Shown piece by piece: positions 25,179 through 38,245 of a stretch of DNA of 64,000 bases. A program made the translations under genes and the position numbers. The DNA comes from Takakia lepidozioides (lineage: Eukaryota > Plantae > Bryophyta): assembly GCA_030704615.1 (NCBI GenBank), contig CM060731.1, positions 15,996,001 to 16,060,000 of the forward strand. Reading direction: 5' to 3'. The notes under the pieces were generated by a model. That model ran no database searches. It had not been told where the DNA came from and worked only from the letters and a program-made list of their open reading frames with translations. How positions within the stretch are numbered: position 1 is the first letter of the stretch; every line of letters begins with the position of its first letter.

Positions 25179-28100
25179 CTACACTTTGCAAAACTCTTCG
25201 ATGTCGAGGACCTTAGGAGGTATCTCATCAACAGGCAGAGGCTGCTGCTTCACCAGTTGTGAAACCACCAACTGGCCACAGGCACCACCAATATCTTGGC
25301 CCATTTCCTGCCGAACAGTTGCTCTTAGGCCATATACTTCTCTTAGGGTTTTCTGAAAGGTGAATACCGTCTCTTGAGAGCTGGCTTTATAATTTGATGA
25401 CACAGTGGCCGGATTGTATGGAATCAAGTTAACCACCTGCCACCAACAAAAAAAAACCTCTGAGCACCTTCAGCAAAGTAACGCACCCCATTACGAAGGT
25501 ATGGTCAGTGCTAGCCCACACCTTTCTGCATTGTTTGCATTAATACAGCAGCCCAGGTTTGAGGTCTACTATGCAACCGTCACCCCTAGGAAGGCACCAG
25601 CCACATACATTACATGACTGCTATAAATATTGAAAAGTTTAAATAGAGAAGACACTTGCAAACTGAAGCATTGATTCGCATCATTCCACCTTAGATCTAA
25701 CCCTTTTATCACAACTGAAGCCAGTAACACAGGTCAATCTACCACAACCATACATCTGGTCTCTGCAATTTAGTCACTTGGCCAAACACAAATGCATTTT
25801 GATTTGCAGGAACTGTGAATGTACCACTTTGTGATCCTTCAGGAGGGTGCCCAGTTGGTGAGCCACTTCTTCAGAGTCGTTAATACCAGAAAGCATCACA
25901 TACTCTATCAACACACTCCGTCCGCTGCAGAAAAACTATGGTTTGTCAGAATAATTGGAGTTTGAAAAGGTTTTAGCACACACTCAAGATCAGACTCAAC
26001 ACATTGCCTGTCATGGAAACCCCTAAATTCCGGATGCTCTACTGTCGTAAGCAGTGCCTAACTTGCATCCCTCACAGATACGATGGAGATGTTGCATATT
26101 CACTATGCTGCCTTCAACCTCCAGTTTCTCTTCATGCTATAGGAGCACTTGGGAGCCTGCAGGGAAGCTTCTCCAGCAGGGACCTACCTACAACTCTGAC
26201 CAATTACCTATGGGAGAATACATGGCTACCACATACGTTGGCAAAAAGGTTTTGATATAGCCAACAACAAGGAAGACCATCATCCATGGCTGAGATCAGA
26301 GATCAGCCCCACCTATATCGTAGAACATAACCAAAATATACAACACCCACGTGAGACAGTGGCAACAGACCTGACTGTCTGATAGGAGTTCAGGGCTGCC
26401 ATTAGCTTGTCAAGTGGATATGCCCGAGCTGCAGGCACAATTTGGCGCCGCAGCTCCTGTGTGGGAGCATGAAGAGAAAATGCTAAATTCACCCCAGGCA
26501 GATCACGTGCCAATGACAGCATGCGAGGGACAACTCCGACCTGCAATTTCAACTAGCAGTTAATGCATTTCACCTTCATCATATATTTAACTGTCCACCA
26601 AAACAAGTATGCTAAGCTTCATTTGAGAGTGTTGCAGCACTGGTATGCTGCCCTCACTTTCAGGCCCAACAACAAATGTTTGTATCATGAGGAACACATA
26701 AAGGCAGCCCACATCAGAGAACTTCAGGTGTGGAGCACCAAGTTCTTCAGCCTTCAATTGGCATACAATCAAAGTACGCATGACAAAGCAGAGGAGGGTT
26801 CACATTTTGTCACTTCTCCTAATGCAATAGTCCACCCAAGCATTCAATTAGTCCACTATATAGTTCAGCTTAAGACTGGGTCCTTCAAATCAAAGCCTTG
26901 TGGAAGAAAATAACTCAAACCCTTTCAAAAAAAATCTCCAATGCACCACAAAAAAACTCCAATCATTTCCACCATATGCAGGCTAATTTGCTTAAATGAA
27001 AATCGCAAGAAATGGTGAAAATGGCGACATGCAATACGATGCGTACAGTAGAAATAGTAATGTGATTTGGTGACAGACCGAAGCAGCACCCAGTCATTAC
27101 GCATGCTGCTTGCACTACCGCCCCATAGTTGCTCAAAGGTTCTCCCATTCCCTGACCTCGAAACAGACAAGACTCTGTCAGATCTGGACACACAGCTGGA
27201 AAACCAGGAGTTCTGTACAAGGCAAAACAATGCTCTGTTTCTTCGAAGATTTGGTCCCCTAACCCTGCAGGAAGAACAACACTACACTGGAACCACCGCT
27301 GGCATCAATGACATGCTTCCATTTGCACAACAAACGTAGATTACACTTAAAAATCTTCCCAGATATTACGGCTTTATCTGAATTTATGTGCTTCACCCTA
27401 CTAGCACTTGAAAGGACCGAGAACACCACACATTGGAAAAGTACCATAAATACGATGTTACGAATAGGTGTGATTTGAGATGCATGGACCAGCTGCTCCA
27501 CAATCTCACCAGCTGACAGGTTGCCCTTCAGCCCCATGGTGCCAGTTGCACAGAAGGTGCACCCCATTTGGCAGCCCACCTGAGACAAAAGACAGTAGTA
27601 AGCCATGACCTCACGAGACTGTATATATTCACTGCACTCCACAGTCTTTGAGCAGCAAACATTCTCTGGGCTCAACAGTGATCTGCTTAGTGAGAACACC
27701 CCAAACTGTCCTGAATAAAGCTCCATTGATAGTTATCTGAAACTACACTAGCTTAAAATCCATGAGGATTCCAACGGGTTGCAGAGTGTAAGAGGGACAA
27801 CACAGGTGATAACATGCAAAACTCAGATGTAAGTAGCTTGCCTGTGATGACACACAAAGGGTTGCTCGGGGACCTCCTGGGCGGGGGCCACCCGCATACT
27901 TCCCAGCTGCAGCATCATGCCTCATTATCACTGCCTCTACTGACTGCCCACTCTGCACACCAACAAATCCTGACATTGCCAAGCATCCATCTTGTGTACC
28001 AAACTGGAGTGGACTTTCACAAGGCTCTAAGGAACCCCAAGGGCCTAGTTTATGCATGGGACAAATCCACCTCGGATAACTGCATTTATCAATCCATGTT

Positions 28101-29855
28101 CATCAAACCAGTAGGGAAAATTGCAGTGACCGTTCAAACATCGTCATACACATTTGGAGCATAGATAGGGACAAATTGTTGCCCACGGCCTTGAAATCAA
28201 GCAGGAAAGATCATGCCAAAGAACCCCTCATTTGCGAACTAGGGTCAGCATGGACTATGTCAGACCACTACTTTTAGATGATGCAAATAATCATAGGGGC
28301 AAACAACATCTTAGTTTCTGCATTTCAAATAACCCACAGACACTTCTACGCAGACTCGCTACAGTGTCCATGGTTACCATCTTTCATAGCAAAAGATCAG
28401 AACTTCTATATTGTGGAGAGAAAGCACTCCATCATTCTCATCCACAAAAATTGCCCAGGGTACCTAATAGCAGGCTATGGAATAGACTACAAATGTCTTC
28501 AAAGAGACAGGAAACAAGTTCAATTTCAGGTTGTAGATTTTGCAGTGTGCAGCAAAGCCGCAGATATTGTCATTATTTGGGGCCCACAGAACACAAGCAC
28601 AATGCTGTTCACCTCAGAAAAATTCAAGCTTGAAGAGTCACACCCAGTTTGAGGGTGAGATTCCTTTGTGGCCAGATAGAGCTCTATACATCCTGGAGTA
28701 ATATAGGGGAGGGAACTGACCTGCAAACAGATCAGTAGCTTGGTGGTGGAGCCATCAGCTGATGTTTGCTGGGATTGCACATGCGACGTCAGCGTCCTGA
28801 ACTTGGACCTCAACATCTCTGTAGCAGCATGGGGCACCCCTGGCACTTCGTGTGCCTCTGTGTCAAGATGTACCAACACATACCTGGCCACCACATCATA
28901 TTGCGCAATTAGTGACAGGTCAAGGACCCTACAGTGGTAGATTCAAATCAGGTACCCTATATGTTGTTTTTGAGTCCCAGTTACATTGCCTCTCCCAAAA
29001 TGTTTTGCCAACCTGATTTCCATAGCATAGTCCACTCCCTCTAATTTGTGGTCAAAAAAGACAACCTCTACTCTCTATTGTTGCTTCAATCTCACTGTAA
29101 AATCCAGTAATTAGCTCATTAAGGCATTGTGATAAATGGCTTTTGTGTCCAAACTCGCTGGCAAAACAGAGTCCACTGGAAACCACCGTTGCTAGGGTTC
29201 TCCTCTTACCACTCCTGGGGCCACCATGGGCAGTCCTTAACCCTCCTTAAAGCATCCTTTGCTACCACGATGCTAGGTGTTAGGTCAATCGAGAGAAATC
29301 TCAGCCTATATGCCCATGAGTTGTGAAGTGGAGCTCCAGGAGAAGACATGCATTGATGTTTGTTTCAGTTCAGTCATGACCATATCTGTGGTACTGAAAG
29401 GCTTTCTGCGTGAATTTTCACATAGGCGTCCAGCTGTGGGGATTTAGGGTGTGTGCTAACTCTTCCTCATTTCAAATTGCTGATTTATTAATTGTCCTTG
29501 GCTCGGCATTTCCAACTTGTGCTCAAACCTCTATCACAACTGCACCTCAAAAAATCAGAGTCTCCTCAAATCACCCGGGACATCGGTACTACAGCAAGGC
29601 GTCCCACACCCAGTATGCTTAGAATAACCGACTGGCTCAAACAACGTAGAAATTGTGCACTATAAAGCACAGTTCTTAAGTGAAGCAAGTGTCGCAACAG
29701 TACAGGAACAACGAAGAATGACGAACTGTAAATCCGGGAAGAATGCACCTCCAAATGGTGAAGACGTGCAAAGGTTTGACTCCCACGTTTTCCAGCTCTG
29801 CCCTCAGAATGTCGGCGTCAAATATGGCATGCTTGCCTTCTTTTTTCCGCTGCAT
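25179..29855 (-). CDS. RlmN-like radical SAM RNA (m2A) methyltransferase. Exons approx. 29855-29749, 28883-28721, 27952-27842, 27579-27445, 27151-27047, 26540-26371, 25924-25825, 25436-25179.
   Basis: [19 protein letters not shown] (CxxxCxxC), VFMGMGEPL.N, SLHAP...[20 protein letters not shown] and [11 protein letters not shown]. Junctions are phase-consistent. Confidence 0.93.
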
Positions 29856-32333
29856 CTCCGCCTTTTTCCCTCTCGCCAGAAATGAAATCACCGCTTCTTC
29901 CAAGATAAATTTGTCTTAACTTCAGCAACCCCAACAGCAGAGTCACAGACAAAGCCAATAGTCGCCCATCACTGCACCCTCCACAGCCTTTTCATCATCC
30001 ACCTTGTATCGACCAGGGGGCACAGATTCTTCAGCACCACTCATACCAAAGGACAAACCCCCCAAGTTTCAAATTCAACGTGCGCATCACACGAATGGTT
30101 GAAACTTGAAACCCTAGAATGGCCCGTTCGATACTGTGACATGAGCTTTACTTCTTTAAAGCCGCTAACTTAATGAAACAACCAAAACCCTAATTTTCTA
30201 TTGTGATGATGATCCGATCTCTCCCAACAACGTGTTGCTTATATTCTTAGTTCAAGAAAATTTAGCACTTCCCAACTTCCTTATCACACTCTTTGAGTCT
30301 TTGAGTTCGAGATGATGACAGTCCATTTCTTTTCAAATCGGTAGATGCATTGATACCGGTTTTGCTGTGCGTGCAAATTTGTTTTCTGTATCAGTCTCAG
30401 CCTTTGACTTTAGAGGGATGGGGGCCAAGGTGTGTCTCAATGATCGTCGCATATTGTCTTTGCTGCTCCACAAACATTGCCTGCGCTTCTCTTTTCGTGG
30501 AACCGCCTACACTTGATCAGTGTGTGGTGGAGGAAGTTGGGGATTGCTGAACTTCCTGGGGGAGTAGTTCATTTAGAGTTTGATGCGAGAAGAAAGGTGC
30601 AAATGTCCGGGGACAGGTAGGTGAAGCCACAAATGGTTCTCACATGTCGACGGACCCACCCCAAGCAAATACTGGAGCATTGTACGAAGACGAGACAAGC
30701 CCTTAGCGGGTAGAGTAGAGTCGTTGTGATTACTTCCGATGAGATACTGCGCCCACTCGATCGTTCTAGAACGTTAGAATGGGTCACCGGTCAACCTCAG
30801 CAGCACTGTGATGAGACAAAGGATAGTGGCAGCATCATCACGGACCTGGCTTCAATTTATTAAGCCTGCCATCCCCAGTCTACCCCTCTGCACTTATTAT
30901 AGGCTACCTGCTACTCCCTGCCTTTATGACATGCCATTGCTGATCAGTGTCGCATCGGACCTGTCCTTGACTTTGAAAAACTCTATCTTAGCGGCCCACC
31001 AAATTGATTAGGTGGGCTGCCCCGCCATAGAGAGAGTGAGCGATATTCAGTTGAAGGTTTCGAATCCTCAGCAACGTACATTGGACTTTTTTAGGATTGC
31101 CCGCCAATCTTTCATGCAGCGATCATGTGCATCGCCTTCAACGCTTGCCGCTTACCGGCCCTAGCTACGGCTTCTCATGTTCAGCTCCGCCGCTAATTCT
31201 GCGCTCTGAGTGGAACGCTATCTTCTCTGTGAGGGATATTAGGTACCCCATTTTTGTAACCGTCATGGTGCCACTAGCATCGGAGCTTTCATTTACCCTG
31301 TTGAAGATTGATCGATCTCTTGGGGACTCCAAAGACTGGCTCCCCACTGGCTCTTTGTGAGCTTTTAAAGTCCTGTGTAGACGCTTGTCTATTTCCCTAA
31401 CGAAGAGAAACTCTAGAGTCTAAAGATCAGAATCGTTTCTCCGGTATGCTATATTATTGGCATGCCGTCTTCTTCAACTAGACTGTCTATAATGGAGCAG
31501 ATCCAAGAAAAGAAGTGACAGCCACTCAGTGGGCCTTCGTGGAAACTTGCTTGGAAGATCGTCCTTCTACTTTCAGATAAAAATATGACTGGGGATGGTA
31601 TTCGAAATAAAATGGAGATGTAATGAAAGCTTGCACAGAATAGCAGGTCGTACTTTTACTTTGCGAGAAAACACCCACCTCGAATCCCATGGCTCGGGGT
31701 ATCTGAAACTATATGGCGATAGATATGAAAAAAGCGATAATAGCTGCTGCAACGTCGGTAGGATTACAGTTTCAATTGTGAACTATTCGACTAGCATGAA
31801 AGAATGTGGCTGCTTCTGCAGAATAAATATGAAATCACCGTGTCAGATGCAAGGGAATATAACATGCTCAAGACGGATAGAAGTTACATGCGCATAAGAT
31901 TGTCAAGTGGAAACTGGTCACTAAGAACTTGCAGGTTTCTTTATAAACATGAGACTCGGACCATTATCCTATCACTTCCCAAGTTTCAATTCCAACACAT
32001 GGGAAGGTCATGTAAGACGAACCTGCCATCAAGCTCCAAAACATGATGGTGGACTAACATAAATCGCTGAGTAAGATGTAAAATGTCTACTGCCAAGAAA
32101 CCCCACACCGCGAAATAGTCCACATTCTCTTGACACATATACAAAATTCTACGAAGCACGCATGACTTCGAAACTCCTGGATCCAGCTTGACTTTCACTA
32201 TGCGTGCAGCAGATCCTAAACTGAAGATATCTCCACTCCAAACAACTAACGTGCTTCTAGCAGTGATACATGGACAGAGGAATGATTCTTCAATCATGGA
32301 AAATCCCCCTGCAATGGCTTTGTTCAGCCTTCA

Positions 32334-33854
32334 CTAGCAGGCTGCTGAGGACTGCGAGAAGTGAGAGAACCCTGGCTTGGCAAACGTGAGACTTCTGTTG
32401 TCCACAGTGGCGACTCTCTCGCACGAAGGGCACATGGTGAGGGTAGCCGCAGGCAGAGGCATGTAGAAGTCATGTGCTATGACACAAGGGGGAGCAACTT
32501 TGATGGCCCTTAACTCCTGCAATTCCTTTTGCAGTCTCCTGTTTTCTTCAGTTAGAGTCTCGCAACACCGTTTCAGAAACTCACAGTCAACTTCAGTCTG
32601 CTTCAGTTTGGTTCTGCAACACAAATCGGGGCCCATGCCTCAATAATGCTACCTTCAGCTACCTCTTGCAATCACAGTGCGCCAGTTTCGCTATTTACTG
32701 GACTAACTTCCAGGCTTGTACCGTTGGAAGATGCAAAATTTATGACTTACAGATGCAAAACTAGACGCAAAAATATTTGCAGATTTCAGACTACCTAAAT
32801 ACGATAGTCACAAATAACGTTGATGCTTCCAAGGCACAACGCCATTGAGTAGGTGAAGTTAACAAACCTTGCTCTTCTGTTTTGAAACCACACTTCCACT
32901 TGACGAGGTCGCAGGTTCAACTGCTTTGCGAGGGCATTCTTTTGCTTCTGCAGAAGCACATCGGAACTGATCAGAGAGACACTAGAAGGAAGCTACCTAC
33001 GCTCTGATAATATTTGAAGTATCTTGAGTTTCTACAAGCTTAGATCGAGAATACTCCAGAACACCAAATATAAACGTAACATACGTCCCCACTGTTCAAC
33101 CAGACACAAAGGGTGATCAGTTGTAGTACCGGGTTGAGAGTACTGTGCTCTTTGAAGCTTTCTTCTAAAAGCGCTGACTGCTCTTTGGAAAGGCGGAGCT
33201 TTTTCCTCGTCGTTCCTCCATCCTCTTCGTCACTCCCTCCCCTTGAACTTATCTCACAGGGCCTGTCTCGCTCGAGATCAAAGTCATGCATTCTCTCCCT
33301 ATCCCGTTTCATACCCGTGCTATTTGGAGACGACACCACGGCTTCGTCATAGTCCGTGGTTGACGGTATTTGATTGACATCAATGCCTCGGGGTGAAGCC
33401 CCATGGCCACCAGAAGAATAAGTCTCTGCTGCCTCAACGTCGTCATGGCCTGTAGTCAGTTCAGCCATACAAAAGGTGTCAGCTCAACTGCATGCATAGC
33501 GATTTAATCTACATATCTTGCGAGAAGCCAAACACATCTACCAAGTCACAATGTCACATGTTACAAAGACAGAATAATCAATATCACATGCCTAACCATG
33601 CTAGCACCGGAAGAAGGTTTGTGGTGCACACCACTGCCAGAGTTAGTGCGCGAGCCATTGCGAAGAGGCTGCCACGAGAAATGGTTGTTCGAAGAAGAAG
33701 GTGGCTGCGAGCTGGAAGCCGTACGAGAGACAGGGCGCACAGGCAGCAGGTCGAGCTGCACAGGACATTGTCTGGGAGTACCCATTTCATGCCCTCGTTG
33801 CACCATCATACACAGGTCCACACTCAATCCTAAACTGGCGCCTGAACTCGCCAT
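32334..33854 (-). CDS. Class II HD-ZIP transcription factor. Exons approx. 33854-33608 (donor uncertain), 33449-33130, 32947-32868, 32613-32334.
   Basis: [29 protein letters not shown]...[23 protein letters not shown], leucine zipper, CPSCE motif, and N-terminal EAR-like LGLSV and GIDVN motifs. Confidence 0.95.
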
Positions 33855-34921
33855 AGCTCTCAGCCTGTGCACCTCCTCTCTTAAACTATCCTTCCCTTCC
33901 GCTAGCTGCATTGCTTATTCCACCCAATCCACTCCCCCACCAGAGTCTCCTCCGTCTCCTCCAACAGATCCCAGCTCACCACTTCACCACCCAATCACTC
34001 CTGCTCGCTCTATACGTCTATCTCGCCTACCAAAACACAGCTTCCAACAACCAGCTTGCCGTCCTCCCACACCACAAGACGCATCCCCACAAAATCCCAC
34101 CGCAGCCTCCTTGCCGTGCTTCCAAGCTTCACTCTTCCAAGCTCACCAGCGCGCGACGACCAAGTCACGGAGCGCTCTTCTCGCAATGGAGCACAGAGAG
34201 CGAGACGAGAGAGAGAGAGAAAGTGAGGCTGCCGCACACTCGTACACTACTTCTACGCCTCCGCGAGAGAGAGAGAGAGAGAAAGATGCCGGGCGGCGGG
34301 TGGGCCAACACTTTCCCGCACCCGCTTTTTTAGGCTGACCGGTACGGCGCACGATGCCCAAGCGTGCGAGCAGCCACCCTTCCCCCGCCCCCCGTTCCCT
34401 CGGGTGTTCATATTATTACAGGGAGTCAGATATTATGAAATCAGGCCATGCAAGCAAATATACCGAGCATTAAATGGGTCTGAACTTTATCACAGTCAAT
34501 CAAACCATCGCCTCGGTCAACTTCTCTAACATACCCCCCATTAATGTTTTTTGACTGTGCATCACATCCTACTAATCCACCATTCAAACAATATTAATGA
34601 AACTCGAAACTCCAGTATTGTAGAATGTAATATTCCATATTTTCTGAGTAAATGAATTCGAACCTGCGCCGAGACCATAGAGGAAAAATCCCGATTCCGA
34701 TCCCGCCTCGACTCCGCCCGCCTTATCCACTCCGAAGCATTTGTTACATTTAATAAATACTAATAATTTTTTTTAAATAACACGGAAAGGATCCGATGCC
34801 ATGGAGTGGGCCGCAGGAGACGCGGCGCAGGCCGCGGCCAACCGCGCGGCCTGGCTTGGCGCTCAAGGCACCAACGAGCGGGCACGCAAGCAACCCAACG
34901 CGTCCACACCAGGCGCGACGC

Positions 34922-34930
34922 GCCACGTGG
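34922..34930. promoter_or_regulatory. G-box (GCCACGTGG) in a GC-rich block ~1.1 kb upstream of the HD-ZIP II ATG
   Basis: Motif visible. Angiosperm HD-ZIP II genes are PIF/G-box regulated; function here is inferred. Confidence 0.3.
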
Positions 34931-37900
34931 GACCCGCAGCGGAGGGGAGATCCAATCATAGAGACTGTCCCCTGGGAGGCCGACAAGAACAGGTGGCACG
35001 AGAAGCGACAAACGTAGTCGGATACGCAAGATTGGATATCGATTCTTGTCGCGCGCATCATTGCCTGCCATCATTCGTCCTGTCGAGGGCTGTGCAGCAG
35101 CGGGGGCTGGCGTGGCCACCGCGCAGTGATGGGCGCCGGGCACCCGCCTGTCTGCGCGAATTGCCGGGCGGGGAGCTGGCGCCCGGCACATGACGCTGCA
35201 GCTCGCCACATGATTGCCGTCGCCACATGTGTCAGTTGTTGCCTGCTATGCTCCCACATACCCATACCCATGCCCATGCAGCAGGCCCATCTGGCGGATC
35301 GATCCAAAGCTGAGTCGGGGGTACGAATCTGACGATCAGTAGAGAACTAAATGAATGCGGAGGGACTCTGCAGTCTGTAGAGAGTAGAGAGAGAGGTTGG
35401 GGAAGCGATGGAGTGAGGTTGATGAGGGAGCGTTTAAGAGGGTAGTCACGGTCAGGGAGGACAGAATGGGGACATAGGTGGAGGAGATGATGATGTACGG
35501 CATCCATGTCGCAATAGAGTAGTGCGTCACGCTTTCCTTCTTCCTGCTTTTATCGGATGTCGGCGATGGGTCGTAAACTTGTAGTATTCAAGCTGTTGGA
35601 GGGGAGCGGAGGATGAAAGGTTGATTCTACCAGGCTCAATTATGAGCGAGGCCGTGCTGGTCAAAACAGGCGGTTCCTTCGGCATCCACGCTAGGAGGCG
35701 GTGAATAAAGTGCGGTTCAGGGGATTACATTAAATGGTGCATTGCACTGAAGGATTGCAATAAAGCATTTGCATTTGCATTAAAAAGATTGCAGTGAAAG
35801 ATGGCCCTACACGAAAAGGATGGCACTAAAAAGAACCAAAGGATCACGCAGGTGTGCACAATTCGCCGGCAAAAGCCGGCGTTTCCACACCAAAGCACAG
35901 TATATACCGTATAGGTAGCAGTTAGAATTCTCAAAATCAAAATCACGGCCGCAAGTGTGGTCATCAAGAGTGTACTATATTGAGAGGGAAACTCATAAAC
36001 AAGCTGCGGCCGCTCAACATGATGCCACTCACCTCCCTTTATGTTTTAGAAGTTATGTGCCCTCCCAACCCCTCTTCTTCATTATGAAGCGACATGATAT
36101 CCCAACAGTTGAAGTCATTTTCCTCATTGCAGCGCGAGGTGGGCTGGACCAATTGTTAGTGTCAGGCGGTGACCAGACCCTTCGACTGACTCTACATGAT
36201 CAGCCTATCCTCCGGTTTTTTTTATCCGGATTTGTAAGCACCCTGTTGCACACAGCCCAATGAAGTACTTCACATTTTGTTCCTCCAATTTTAGACCATT
36301 CTTGAATGCCAAATCATATGGTCAGGTATAACTAGAAATACATACCTCCTGACTCCTCCATGAAAGGGAGCTACAGTAGACTCTGCTCTAAAAATTCCCC
36401 GGGGAGTCGGGAGTTTCCCGCTGGCTTCCAGCGAAACCCGTGCGTAGATTCTGCACAGTCACAAACCCACATTTGGTGTCTACACAAGTTCACCAATATT
36501 CCATTTGGATTGAGGACTTTAGTAGCAAGGCTTGTATTTCAACTCTCAAGTATATTTTCGTGAAAACGATGTTCCAGTCTGATGGATGACACAGCGGGCT
36601 AGCGTCACCTCGTCCGTGTCGGGAATAGCTAGCTGAAATCCTCTCCAAACCACCTTATACGCTAGGTATTGTTTGCAAAGATTGTTTTTTGGGTTTTTTT
36701 CCAGATTAAGATCACTAGCCTGGACCAACATCTTCGTCAGATCCTTTCACTCGGACCCCAAGACCCCAAGATGCTCACCGATCAGATATTCTTATGAATT
36801 CTCTGACCTCTAGGTACCTAACATTCTTCTGAATTGTATCATGACTTTAAGGAAATAACTATTCGGCACGATTGAATCTCATCAGAGGATTCCAGTTTCC
36901 AATCGCAGTCAAAAAATACTGTGAAGTATCTAGACATTTGGGTGGGTCCACAAGCGTGACAAACTTTCAAAGTTCATGAACAGGAACATGAGTATCAGCC
37001 AGTCTCTCAGCCAGTCTGGAGATCCAACAAGAGTCAGGGGCGGAGTTGCTAGGGCCCAGAACGCAGGCCCACAGCGCAAGAGCAGGCCTACTCAAGCCAC
37101 TGCCACAGTCAACAGAGAACTGAGCAGAGTAATAAATGCAGTCACTCATTGAAAGCAAATAATGTGGTCAACCTGCAACTGACTCAGCCTGTGACTGTGC
37201 CCTGCATTCATGATGAAGGCATCATGCTTCTTTATTACACATTGCTTGCGATTCGGTCGTAAGAGCGATGCATCCACGGCGCGGAGGGAGAGAGACTGGT
37301 GATGTCGGTATGCAGGGCGGCAAGCAGCAGGCCACTCTCATGATGCACTCTTTCTTCACTGTTTCACTGTACCCGCCACGCTGCCACCACGTGAATGAGA
37401 TCATTACACAGTCACTATTCACTCCATCTTTTCCTTCTACTTACGTTGCTCCTTTGCCTTTACTGCACTCTCTTCAACACATCCTTTGTCAAGACAATGT
37501 CCAGTCAACCTACTCAACACTTCTGTACTGGTCCCACTGCCCAGCTCTATTTCTTTTTCTTCCATTCTTTATGCACATTGCTTTCTGTTTTTTTTGGGGT
37601 GTCAAGAGATGCTCAAGGCTTCTCCCTAGTTTAGATAATATTTGAATACACAAGCATTTGAAGGCACCCACTGCCAGCAATCAGAATATCCCTATTACTC
37701 CTATCCTTTTCCACCTCATTTTTCTTTTTCTCATCCCATTTCAGTCACATGTTCATTTGTAGCCAAAAGTAGTAATAAACGCCAACCCTCCTGATCTCCT
37801 GATGAACATGACCCCCCTTCATGTTATCGCTAGGCAGTAAAAACACAACAGTCACCCATAGAGTCTGTTGAAACTTGAAACCTTAAGGGAAAAGATAGCC

Positions 37901-38174
37901 ATTTTATTAGTAGAAATTCTTATTACATAATAGTCCACCAAGAAGCTGGAGAAAAACCAACTAACTTCTAGAGATTTATTGTAATTTAATGTTCAAAAGT
38001 TGATATGATTTACTGAGTCTTTTGTCAGGTAAGTGTTGATGGGTAGGTGTTGGCTTCAGAACCAACAAGTCCTCCATTGACAGCCAAAAATAAGTAAGAA
38101 AATCTTGAACCAAAAACAAATGTTGTTTTGCAGCTTTATAACACATGACTTTGTGAACCAAAATATTATCAACA

Positions 38175-38245
38175 GTCAGTAGCTCAGTTGGACAGTGCCT
38201 TGAGTGCCACACAGATGAATCTGGGGTCAAATCCTGCTACTTGAC
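38175..38245 (+). pseudogene. tRNA-like sequence (pseudo-tRNA or SINE head, Gly-like)
   Basis: Box A tagctcagttgg, box B ggtcaaatcc, end-pairing gtcagtag/ctacttgac and loop tgccac. The anticodon stem and T-loop are imperfect. Confidence 0.45.

Noticed and set aside
34654-34680. Minus-strand ggcgcaggttcgaat, tRNA T-arm-like
   Set aside because: No 5' half or A box; too short.
33598-35332. Several 100-250 aa ORFs on both strands
   Set aside because: Antisense to HD-ZIP exon 1 or products of GC-rich promoter sequence; no motifs recognised.
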